Under the pieces are notes generated by a model. It made no database searches, was not told the origin of the DNA, and was given only the letters and a program-made list of their open reading frames with translations. A stretch of 64,000 nucleotides of DNA from an uncultured delta proteobacterium (GTDB lineage Bacteria > Desulfobacterota > Desulfobacteria > Desulfobacterales > B30-G6), in NCBI GenBank assembly GCA_963823335.1, contig CAWGLD010000005.1, positions 288,001 through 352,000 on the forward strand, written 5' to 3'. Positions 29,454 through 38,825 of the stretch are shown in pieces (position 1 is the first letter of the stretch; each line of letters begins with the position of its first letter). The translations under genes were made by a program, and so were the position numbers.

Positions 29454-31050
29454 AATCATCACGGCGCGCAATCTATCTTACCTGGGGATAATCATCACAA
29501 CTTTAATAGGCGCATACGCGCTCAATCAACTGGTTAAAATTGGTGATAACTATGTCCGGCATTCACTGGGAGAAAAATTCATTTTCGATTTGCGGGTCCG
29601 CTTGTATGCATATCTTCAGAAAATGTCCCTATCATTTTTTGAACGCACATCAACCGGAGAGCTGATGTCCCGTGTCACCAATGATCTCAGCGCCTTGGAG
29701 AGCTTCGTCACCCACGGATCAGCATTGACCGCCGTTGACTGTATGCGCCTGATCGGCGGCGCAACCATTCTCTTTGTGCTGGATTGGCGTTTGGCCGCCC
29801 TGGTTATGATCCCGGTGCCGATTTTGGCCCTGGCATTTCGCCACTATAACACCAAAATACGTCCGGTTTATCGACAGGTGCGTGCGCGCCTGGGAAACAT
29901 CAATGCAAAACTGCAGGACAATCTTTCCGGTATTCGGGTCATTCAAGCCTTTGCTCGTGAAGACATTGAGTATAAGCGCTTTTCAAAAGAAAGTGAGCGC
30001 TACTATCAGGCGCGGGTGAAAGGTATCCGCTATTGGTCCATTTTTTTTCCTGCTATCGGGTTTTTCGGGGCAATGGGAACCGTCATCGTGCTGGGCGTCG
30101 GATCCATCATGGTGGTAAAAGACCAAATGTCTCTGGGTACCCTTGTGGCCTTTATCGCGTATATCGCTTCAATTTACGATCCCATCAATCGTCTGACGGA
30201 AGTGGACAATATATTTCAGGAAGCCATCGCAGCCGGTGAACGCATCTTCGAGTTACTGGATGAAGCGATGGAAGTTAAAGACGCTCCGGATGCGATTGGA
30301 TTACCCGTTATCCAGGGCGAGATGGTTTTTGACCAAGTCCAGTTCAAATATGGTAGCGGCGATCCGGTACTGCATTCCGTCAGCTTTACAATGGCACCGG
30401 GCGAGGTAGTAGCCCTGGTCGGTCCCAGCGGAGCCGGCAAAACCAGTATCGCCAACCTGATCTGCCGCTTTTATGACCCCGTCAAAGGTCATATCTCTGT
30501 TGACGGTTACAATCTGCGCAGAATTAAATTAACGTCGTTGCGAAGCCAGGTGGCGGTGGTGTTGCAAGACTCATTTCTTTTCAATAATACTGTAGCCGAG
30601 AACTTGCACTACGGCAAACCGGAAGCCACCAAACATGAGTTGATTGCAGCTGCCCGGGCCGCCAATGCACATGATTTTATCATGCAACTACCGGACGGAT
30701 ATGACACCGAAGTAGGCGAACGGGGAGTCAAGTTAAGCGGTGGGCAAAAACAGCGCCTCGCGTTGGCCCGGGCGATTCTGGCCGATCCGCGAATTTTGAT
30801 TCTGGATGAAGCCACCTCATCCGTGGATGCGGAAGCCGAGTACCTGATTCAGCAGGCCTTGGAAAGAGTACTCAAGGGTCGCACCGCACTGATTATCGCT
30901 CACCGCCTAAGTACGATTCGCAATGCGGATAAAATCATTGTGCTCGATCGCGGACGGATCGCCGAGACCGGCAACCACACGGAATTGATGCAGCGCGGCG
31001 GTCTCTACAACCAGCTTTATCAACGGCAAATGGAAATGACATCCGAATAG
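29450..31050 (+). pseudogene. ABC exporter (TMD + NBD) lacking its native N-terminus
   Basis: TGELMSRVTND, GPSGAGKT, LSGGQKQR, LDEATS; homology begins only at ~29455 and the ORF-track start lies inside aminotransferase DNA. Confidence 0.75.
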
Positions 31051-31574
31051 TTTCCGTGATAAACATCCAAGAGGTTCCATCGTTTTTGTAAACATTGTTT
31101 CGGGAGATCTCCTTTCTATCATGAAATTTCTGACAGGTCATTGGCTTATGGATGCGATAGAGGCTCAATAACAAGGCATACATTGGATTCCATGTCAGGG
31201 ATATAACTGGTATCATATTATTCCGGATATTATATTTAAAAAGCCATGGATCGTCTTTTCTCGACGGTATTGGCGAAAAACCTTGTTTGAACCTCAATAT
31301 ACTTCGATTCATTTCCTCTGGTAACTCAATTACGGTCTGATTTATAAGTATATTGCATAAATGGTAATCCCAGTTAAGATTTACATAAGAAGCCTTGGAA
31401 ATTTGATCACCTTACAAAATTGAAGACTTGGTCAATTCTGAAGAAGCCTTCCAATTGTAGACTTTGAAAAAATATAGATAGGAAGGTTTAATTTATCTAT
31501 AATAATTGGTGGTTTATATTTAACTGATCACAGATTTACTCAAACCTTTGATACGAGAATAATACCATCCTCAT

Positions 31575-32142
31575 AAACATCATTACCGATCGGGAAACCC
31601 TAAGGCTCTTGGCAGAGTTGACGCTGGCTCTGGTTCTGTTCACGGATGCTGCCGGCGCCGACCTGGCTGTTCTGAGAAGGACGGTGGCAGTGCCAACCCG
31701 TCTGCTGTTGGTCGGCCTGTCCTTAACCATATTGCTCGGTTTCGGGGTGGCTGCGCTCTTCTTTCGACAGCTGTCCTTTTTAGAACTGGCCCTGCTGGTA
31801 ACCCTGCTGGCACCGCCTGAATGTGGAAAGCGGCTTGAACGATGGTATCCGCGTACCGATTCTGTTCGTGTTTTTAACCCTTGCGACGGGAAAGGCTGGT
31901 GAAGGGGGGGGCTGGCACCTCGCCCTGATGCTGGTCGCCAGAGAAAGCTTTTTATGGGTTGGTTTCGCCCCCGGGGGCTTGCAAGCATTGTGTTCGGGGT
32001 CATTGTGATAAACGCCAACGTGCCAAACAGCGGCCCGATCGCCATGACCGTGGTTTGTACCATCCTTCTCAGCATTGTCGCCCACGGCGTGAGCGCCAAT
32101 CCCTGGGCCAAAGGGTTCGGTGAGCGCTCGCGAAGGCAATAG
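31575..32142 (+). pseudogene. NhaP/CPA1 cation:proton antiporter collapsed by internal deletions
   Basis: Three blocks with frame shifts between them: LAELTLALVLFTDAA...LLAP | LNVESGLNDG...LVARE | KLFMGWFRPRGLASIVF...AHGVSANP; junctions at ~31816 and ~31944. Confidence 0.85.
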
Positions 32143-32383
32143 GTGGTGCGCACGCAGGAATGGTCGTTTTCCGTTCAGGTTACGACAGCGGCGCGATGAA
32201 GTTTCGGCCTGAAAGGTAACATTGAAACGATTGAAGGAAGGTGACACCATCAGAATCTTGACAGTGAAAGTTGACAGCCTTGACCGCTTGCCGCAGCTCT
32301 TTTATATCGCCGGGAGAAGCGCCCTCACTCCCCAGAAAGGCCGCTCCATCAAAAATGGAAATATGTAGTGCTGTTATCATAAT

Positions 32384-33037
32384 TTATCCAAGCACCATAC
32401 CAATGGAAAAGGCGATCATGAACTGGGCCAGGTAGTAGAGCGGAAGCCCCAAAAGGCGATTGATAAAATCGTTTTTTAGAAATCGATCCCGGGCGACGAA
32501 GATATCGGATATATAAAAACTGGAAGCTCCCACGAAGATGAACAGCCGGGCCATAATCGGCTGCTGCGGCATACCCAGGACTGACCAGGCGCCGATGAAC
32601 ATGCAGCTGATGACAAGAATATAGGCCATGACCGGTATTTTCATGGTGCCCAGGTGCGGCTTCAGCCAGATATAAATAATAACACCGAGCAATAGGGTAA
32701 CGATAACGCCGATGAGTGTCATTTTGCCCGGCTCTGCAATCCAGACAAATCCAATCACATAGCAGACATGCCCCAGCAGAAATGATATCAGTCCGAATAA
32801 AAACATTCTGTCCTGGGGCAAAGCCAGAAAAATGTCCCCTCCCAGGCAGAACAACAACCCGATGATGATAAAAAGGGTATATGGCTGCATGAGATGGATC
32901 TGGGAAATGGCGGTTACGATGAAAAGCAGTGACAGCACTGTTTTGGTTGGCAACAGTCCTTTGCGGTTCTCATTTTTTTCAAAGAAGAGCAGGCTCACCA
33001 GCAGTACGACGGCCAGTGCGAGAAGTATCATGATCAT
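32384..33037 (-). CDS. YhhN/lysoplasmalogenase family membrane protein
   Basis: GDIFL, GLISFLLGH, FYISD, YYLAQ; RBS ggagg. Confidence 0.88.
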   Translation of the reverse strand: MIMILLALAVVLLVSLLFFEKNENRKGLLPTKTVLSLLFIVTAISQIHLMQPYTLFIIIGLLFCLGGDIFLALPQDRMFLFGLISFLLGHVCYVIGFVWIAEPGKMTLIGVIVTLLLGVIIYIWLKPHLGTMKIPVMAYILVISCMFIGAWSVLGMPQQPIMARLFIFVGASSFYISDIFVARDRFLKNDFINRLLGLPLYYLAQFMIAFSIGMVLG

Positions 33038-33267
33038 GGTTGTCCTCCAATCGTTTAGCTCATAACTCACAGGTACTAGGTCATAGCGCAGACTATGAGG
33101 CTTGGAAGCTGGGGCTGTGATGCTGCATACCGTATAAAAGGTTCAGGATCCAGCTCTCTGCTTAATGTCTACTCCCTACTTACCGCTTGGCTTACCCTCC
33201 AAACCTCCAACCCCGATCTTCTGTCCCCTCCGACCCTCTTATCACCCCTGTATCACCCTTGAACCTT

Positions 33268-33996
33268 TCAGGGGAAGCCTGGACCCTTGGACCCTGATTG
33301 AGTGTATTGCGTCGGATCATCCACCCCTGCTTCTGCAAAGCCTTTCTTCCTCAGAAGACAGCTGTCACATCGACCACATGCGTTTCCAAGAGTATCTGGG
33401 TCGTAACATGAGTGGGTCAGGCCGTAGTCGACACCCAGTTCAATACCATTTCTGATAATTTCTGCCTTGGTCATCTGTATCAGGGGTGTGTGGATCCGTA
33501 TTTTGAATGCCCCCTGGACAGTGGCTTTGGTGGCCAGGTTTGCCATCTGTTCAAAGGCATGGATATATTCCGGTCGGCAATCCGGGTATCCGCTGTAGTC
33601 GATGGCATTGACCCCCATGAAGATATCCGGAGCGTTCAGCACTTCGGACCAGGCCAGGGCATAGGAAAGAAATATGGTGTTTCTGGCCGGTACATAGGTG
33701 ACTGGTATCTCATCCCCACCGCTATCCATGTCCCTGTCCTTGGGTACTGAAATGGCATCGGTCAGGGCGGAGCCACCGATACCTGTCAGATCGGTTTTAA
33801 CCAAGAGGTGCGTCTTGACTCTGTAGGCACGGGCAATACTTTTTGCGGCTTCCAACTCGTAGAGATGCCGCTGACCATAATCGAAACTCATTGCATACAG
33901 GTCATACCCGTCATGTTTGGCCATGGCCATAACCGTTGTGGAATCGAGCCCGCCGCTAAGCAGAATGATTGCCTTTTTGTTATGTTCTTTAACCAT
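33268..33996 (-). CDS. queC: 7-cyano-7-deazaguanine synthase
   Basis: [29 protein letters not shown]...CGRCDSC..R. Confidence 0.97.
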   Translation of the reverse strand: MVKEHNKKAIILLSGGLDSTTVMAMAKHDGYDLYAMSFDYGQRHLYELEAAKSIARAYRVKTHLLVKTDLTGIGGSALTDAISVPKDRDMDSGGDEIPVTYVPARNTIFLSYALAWSEVLNAPDIFMGVNAIDYSGYPDCRPEYIHAFEQMANLATKATVQGAFKIRIHTPLIQMTKAEIIRNGIELGVDYGLTHSCYDPDTLGNACGRCDSCLLRKKGFAEAGVDDPTQYTQSGSKGPGFP

Positions 33997-34091
33997 AATT
34001 TATTCTGTCCAAGTCGTGATATTATCCATTTTATATGCTGGGAGGCTAGGACGCCGGGATGTCTGGATGCTGTCAACCGCTGATAGCTTTC

Positions 34092-34128
34092 AGCTACCCT
34101 CCAACCCTTGTATACCCCCTCGAACCCC
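34092..34128. repeat. Copy of dispersed 3'-end repeat
   Basis: agctaccctccaacccttgtataccccctcgaacccc, similar to the copies at 53638 and 63479. Confidence 0.7.
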
Positions 34129-34140
34129 GGCCCCTTTGTT

Positions 34141-34785
34141 TTAGACCCCTCTCTCGATATCCGGCCAGATAGTCCTGTGCAGCTGGAGCTGGAGTCTGGT
34201 TTGAAGGTGGTCTTCGAGAATCCATCCGGCAAGTTCTGCTGGGCTTAGTTTTTCTCTGATGGGCGAAAAAAGGAGATTTCCGCTCGGGACGATCGATGGT
34301 ATTCTGTTCAGCATATTCTTGGCGTACTCGTAATCCTGCCTGTCGCCGAGAACGAATTTTACCTGATCTCTCTTGCCGAGATGCCTGAAATTACGGAATT
34401 CGCATTTTTCATGCTCGCCACTGCCGGGGCACTTGACATCCATGATCCTGACACACCGGGGATCAGCCATGCGGATATCGAAGCTGCCATTGGTTTCCAT
34501 GAGAACCTGATATTTATTCCTGAGCAGGTCGGTGATGAGCTTCGGCGTTTCAGCCTGCAAAAGAGGTTCACCGCCCGTAACTTCAACCATGTGGCAATGG
34601 AAAGACCCAATACGGTCAAGGATCTCTGAAATCTGCATGGGGCGTCCTTGATCATACGCATAAACAGTATCGCAATAGGCGCAACGCATGTTACAACCGC
34701 TGAGGCGCACAAATACGCACGGGAGACCCGCATGGGTCGATTCTCCCTGTATGCTGTAAAATATTTCATTTACAATCAAAGACAT
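34141..34785 (-). CDS. queE: 7-carboxy-7-deazaguanine synthase (radical SAM)
   Basis: EIFYSIQGE, CNMRCAYCDT, TGGEP, ETNG, LQLH. Confidence 0.95.
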   Translation of the reverse strand: MSLIVNEIFYSIQGESTHAGLPCVFVRLSGCNMRCAYCDTVYAYDQGRPMQISEILDRIGSFHCHMVEVTGGEPLLQAETPKLITDLLRNKYQVLMETNGSFDIRMADPRCVRIMDVKCPGSGEHEKCEFRNFRHLGKRDQVKFVLGDRQDYEYAKNMLNRIPSIVPSGNLLFSPIREKLSPAELAGWILEDHLQTRLQLQLHRTIWPDIERGV

Positions 34786-35016
34786 GCGCCGTTTATAACA
34801 CGATTTTCTGTGAATTGAAATATATTGACAGCCTTTCCCGGAGCATATAAGTCGGACCTGAAGTGAGCGTTTTACAAAGCTGTAAGCACTAAGCTATAAG
34901 CAGCGCAAATCGTCATTGGATCACCCATTTCGCTCTATTGATGTCGAAAACCGATTAAAGCTTAAAGTTGAGCTATAATTGGCTTATGGCTTACAGCTTT
35001 TACTAAGGCTTCATTC

Positions 35017-36615
35017 ATGAAAAATATTCTTTTCATACACATATACCGAGGGTTGCAATGGTTTGCTAAAATGCCACCCCGTTCATCCTGCCAGAGAATC
35101 GTTGTAATAGGGTTCATTGCAGGCTTGTTGTCGATCTGTTCGGCCCTTGCTGCTTCAGAAGGCGGATTGATCAAGAAAAGAGACACCAACAACGATGGCA
35201 TTATCGACCAAGTAGCTGAATTTGATCCTCAGGGCAAGCTGATGTCGCTTACAATCGATGACAACCACGATGGGGTGATGGATACATTCCAGTACTATGT
35301 CCATGGTGAGATCGTGCGCCTGGAAAAAGATTTGGATGCCGGTCCCGGCATCGAGATGAGAACCTATTTCAAAGATGGCAGAAAGGTTCGACAGGAACGC
35401 CTGAATGATCAAGGTAATGTCTACCAGGAGATGGATTTGGATGCATCCGGAAACCCATTCGAGATTCGTGAGGATACCGACGCGGATCAACGGATGGATA
35501 CGGTTTACTATATTGAAAAAGGACAGATCACACGTATCACCCGCGATCCAGATGGCGATGGTGCCGGCAATGTTTTTGAATTATATCGGAACGGAGTGCT
35601 TGCGGAGCGCCGGAGCGATACAAATGGAGACGGCGTTATAGAAGAGCGGCTAATTTTTAATGCTGACGGAACACTGACCGAGCGTTATCTGGATACCGAT
35701 CAAAATGGTGATTTGGACATGTTGGAAATTTACCGGAACGGTCTGCCCCATCTGCAGCAATGGGATCAGGATCAGGACCAACGATTTGAGAAAGTGACGT
35801 ATCTTGAAAAAGGTGACATCATTCGAATCGAGGAAGATTCGGACAGGGACGGTATCCGGGAAACGGTGACGGCCTATCGCAACGGAAAGCCAAATGTTCA
35901 GACGGTGGATGCAAATCAGGACGGCAAGAAGGAACTCAGAATAGTCTTCAATGCCGGTGGCGAAACAGAGCGTATTGAAAAAGACATTTCCATGGACGGT
36001 AACATGGATACGTTCCAGAGCTATAAAGACAACCTGCTTGTACTTTCGGAAAAAGACACCAATGCTGACGGGGAGATCGATACGAAAATTTGGTATCATG
36101 CCGGTAGGCAACAACATAGCATGAGGGATCTGGATCATGATGGCCGGTTTGAGACGACCCATCGGTATGACAGACCGCCTTGGACACGGGTGACGGAGCT
36201 AGATTCTGATGGGAAAGGAAATGTGAATGTGCGGTCCTATTTCATGCATGATAACCTGCGTAGAAGGGAATTCCTGGAAAAGAGCGGAGACCGGGTTGAA
36301 TTGCGTGAAAATTTCGATGAGAAGGGTCTGCTCACGCACAGTCTGGAAGACAGTAATGCTGACGGCCGATGGGATATGACCTGGTATTTTGATGACCAGG
36401 GTAAATTACAACGGGCCGAAAAAGACAGCGATGCAGACAAACGCGTGGATACCTGGTATTATTATGAAAGTGGACGGCTGTCAGGGGTTTCCGAGGATAC
36501 CAATAATGATGGACGGCCAGACGTGTGGGAAGACTATGATACATCGGAATCCATGACCCAGCGGAAAAAGGATCTCGATTTTGATGGTGTAGTGGATATT
36601 GAGGAGCGGTTTTAG
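35017..36615 (+). CDS. Exported protein built from ~24-aa DxDxDG repeats (start may be 35071)
   Basis: Hydrophobic signal segment, then roughly 20 units such as DTNNDG, DDNHDG, DTNGDG, DSDRDG, DANQDG, DLDHDG, DLDFDG. Confidence 0.85.
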   Translation: MKNILFIHIYRGLQWFAKMPPRSSCQRIVVIGFIAGLLSICSALAASEGGLIKKRDTNNDGIIDQVAEFDPQGKLMSLTIDDNHDGVMDTFQYYVHGEIVRLEKDLDAGPGIEMRTYFKDGRKVRQERLNDQGNVYQEMDLDASGNPFEIREDTDADQRMDTVYYIEKGQITRITRDPDGDGAGNVFELYRNGVLAERRSDTNGDGVIEERLIFNADGTLTERYLDTDQNGDLDMLEIYRNGLPHLQQWDQDQDQRFEKVTYLEKGDIIRIEEDSDRDGIRETVTAYRNGKPNVQTVDANQDGKKELRIVFNAGGETERIEKDISMDGNMDTFQSYKDNLLVLSEKDTNADGEIDTKIWYHAGRQQHSMRDLDHDGRFETTHRYDRPPWTRVTELDSDGKGNVNVRSYFMHDNLRRREFLEKSGDRVELRENFDEKGLLTHSLEDSNADGRWDMTWYFDDQGKLQRAEKDSDADKRVDTWYYYESGRLSGVSEDTNNDGRPDVWEDYDTSESMTQRKKDLDFDGVVDIEERF

Positions 36616-36688
36616 GTGTTACGTTTCAGGTTTTAGGCACACCGTCGGCTCATGGTTGGCGGCTAATAGCAAAGTGGAAAAAATATAA

Positions 36689-36830
36689 TCACGAAAACAC
36701 GAAGTATAGAAAATACGAAATTGCACAAGGGATTTTGTTCCTGTTGTATATTGGAATGATGGCATACTGACCTCTCATAGGATTTAAAACAAAACCTGTT
36801 TCGTGTTTTCGTCCTTTCGTGATTTCGTGA
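36689..36830. repeat. Inverted cacgaaa-type repeat element
   Basis: tcacgaaaacacgaagtatagaaaatacgaaa ... tttcgtgttttcgtcctttcgtgatttcgtga (25/32 complementary). Confidence 0.7.
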
Positions 36831-36867
36831 CAATAGATCTTTTTATTTTTGTACTGGAGGAAGACAC

Positions 36868-37488
36868 ATGCTGGCGTTTCTATATAAAGGAGGTGTGCTG
36901 GTCATTCCGATACTTCTCTGTTCGGTATTTGCACTGGCAATTTTTCTGGAAAGATTGATCCGCTTTATTCGACTGAGGAAACAAGGGCGCGGTCTGGCCG
37001 AAAAAGTTGCCGCTTTGGTAAAGAATGGAGAAGACGAGCAGGCCCGGGCACTGGTGGATGCCAGCGATTCTCCCATGGGTAAGGTGTTGGCCCAGGCACT
37101 GGAGGTAAAGAACCAGAGTCAGGAAACCCTGGAGGCCATTATCGTGCATGCCACCGAAGAAGAGGTAAGGGGCATGTCCAGGTATCTGCAGGCACTGGCA
37201 ACCATCGGGAATATTGCCCCGTTGCTGGGTCTATTCGGTACCGTGGTGGGGATGATCAAGGCCTTTATGGTCATCCAAGAAATGGGTGGAAAGGTCAACG
37301 CCGCAGTTCTTGCGGGCGGTATTTGGGAAGCGATGCTCACAACCGCACTGGGACTGGCCGTGGCTTTACCGACGATCATTGCCCACAGCTATCTGGTTTC
37401 AAAGGTCAACCAATCTGAAGCGAGACTGCAACGCGGTGCCATTACGTTTTTAAAGGCGGTAATGAGTTTGGAAGGACCAAAGGGTTGA
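36868..37488 (+). CDS. exbB: MotA/TolQ/ExbB proton channel
   Basis: APLLGLFGTVVGMI, LAGGIWEAMLTTALGL.VA.P. Confidence 0.92.
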   Translation: MLAFLYKGGVLVIPILLCSVFALAIFLERLIRFIRLRKQGRGLAEKVAALVKNGEDEQARALVDASDSPMGKVLAQALEVKNQSQETLEAIIVHATEEEVRGMSRYLQALATIGNIAPLLGLFGTVVGMIKAFMVIQEMGGKVNAAVLAGGIWEAMLTTALGLAVALPTIIAHSYLVSKVNQSEARLQRGAITFLKAVMSLEGPKG

Positions 37489-37520
37489 ACCCTTTCTCCC
37501 AACTTATTGGGAGAAGATAA
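37486..37520. repeat. Palindromic REP-like unit
   Basis: tgaaccctttctcccaacttattgggagaa; inverted copy at 38791-38824. Confidence 0.7.
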
Positions 37521-37546
37521 AAATATACAAACAAGAGGTACCAGTC

Positions 37547-37957
37547 ATGCTGTTTCCAAAAAGAGAACGTGGTTACTATCAACTGCAGGCACCGCTGACG
37601 TCTCTTATCGATATCGTTTTCTTGCTCCTGATCTATTTTCTGCTGACAACCAATTTCATGGTGGATGAAGGGATTCAGGTTAAATTACCCCAGGCCAATG
37701 CCACGTCTCCACAGACGGAGAAAGAAATCACCATCCATGTCGACAGCACCGGCAAGGTATTCTTGGACAACAGGGCTGTTTCATTGAATGAGCTTTTTTC
37801 GATAATAAAAGGAAGACTTGGAGAAAAGAACGGTCGCCCGGTGGTCATTAAAGCTGACAAATCGGTGATCTTGGACAAGGCAGTGAGGGTCATGGATATG
37901 GTCAAGGCCGCTGGGGCCGAGCGTCTCGTGTTGGCTACCGAGAGGGATGCGCCATAA
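37547..37957 (+). CDS. exbD: Biopolymer transport protein ExbD
   Basis: LTSLIDIVFLLLIYFL, VKLP.A, IKAD...VMD.VK.AG. Confidence 0.93.
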   Translation: MLFPKRERGYYQLQAPLTSLIDIVFLLLIYFLLTTNFMVDEGIQVKLPQANATSPQTEKEITIHVDSTGKVFLDNRAVSLNELFSIIKGRLGEKNGRPVVIKADKSVILDKAVRVMDMVKAAGAERLVLATERDAP

Positions 37958-38019
37958 GGTTAAAAGGTATAACTGCCTAATGACCAATCTTTCATATTGG
38001 ACGTTTATTGTCATTCGCA

Positions 38020-38745
38020 ATGAACTCAATGAACCCAACAAACCCAATGAACGCAACAAACATAAAACCCAACTGGCTTTTTCGGGGATTGATCCTCTTT
38101 TCTGTAGGGGTTCATCTGTTGCTGTTCACGCAGATGAACCATCTCTATCGGCCCAGGGAAATTTCCAGAATTGAGCTGACATTGAAACAGATATCCAGTC
38201 CTTCTAAGCGGCAGATCCCCAGACCCGGGCCGCGTTTCAAACCGCTCACAGATCCGCATGAACAGATTGTGGCAGGGGCGTTCAATGAGCAATATACTCC
38301 CATGAAACCACTTCAGCATGTCATTCCAGCCCCTGTCGATTCCAATAGAATGTATGAAAAACAGCTGCCCGGGATCCCTGCTGTGGAAGACACTCCTGTG
38401 GCCGAATGGCAGAATGAGCTTGAATCTTTACCTGCGGGGCCTGCAACCGGCAGTGATGATGACGACATGACCCTGTACTACACGCTGATCAGCGGAAAAG
38501 TACGGGCAGAAGCCCTCAAACTCTATGAACGGATAGCTCGCAGCCGCAAGGTGCAAGGAGTGGTCGCGATTGAATTCACCATCGGGAGTAACGGGGAGAT
38601 GGTTTCCGTAGGTATCGTGAAGAGCTCTGGCAATCGGATTCTTGATCGAACTGCCATGGATGCTGTAAAAAAGGTATCGCCCTTTGCCAAGCCGCCAAAT
38701 GGCTCACTTGTCATCCAGTTACCCATCAAATTCAAACTGCTCTAA
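38020..38745 (+). CDS. tonB: TonB family energy transducer (start uncertain)
   Basis: TM with S-x3-H (SVGVH), Pro-rich linker, C-terminal QGVV.IEFTI..NG...KSSGNRILD..A. Confidence 0.85.
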   Translation: MNSMNPTNPMNATNIKPNWLFRGLILFSVGVHLLLFTQMNHLYRPREISRIELTLKQISSPSKRQIPRPGPRFKPLTDPHEQIVAGAFNEQYTPMKPLQHVIPAPVDSNRMYEKQLPGIPAVEDTPVAEWQNELESLPAGPATGSDDDDMTLYYTLISGKVRAEALKLYERIARSRKVQGVVAIEFTIGSNGEMVSVGIVKSSGNRILDRTAMDAVKKVSPFAKPPNGSLVIQLPIKFKLL

Positions 38746-38790
38746 GTCTGAAATATCACAAACCTGAAATGTTCAGGGTTAACGTGTCAG

Positions 38791-38824
38791 GTTATTCTCC
38801 CAATTTATTGGGAGAAAGGGTTCA
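38791..38824. repeat. Palindromic REP-like unit (inverted copy of 37486-37520)
   Basis: gttattctcccaatttattgggagaaagggttca. Confidence 0.7.
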
Positions 38825-38825
38825 T

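Noticed and set aside
32180-32380. 66-aa minus-strand ORF after yhhN
   Set aside because: No recognisable motif; cannot be supported as a gene or a fragment.
33996-34141. preQ1 riboswitch near queE/queC (ggttcgag motif)
   Set aside because: The motif belongs to the dispersed 3'-end repeat; there is no closing stem or A-rich tail.
33268-34785. queC/queE as a Dpd or QatC-type defence island
   Set aside because: Both look canonical, and no dpdA or qat genes are nearby.
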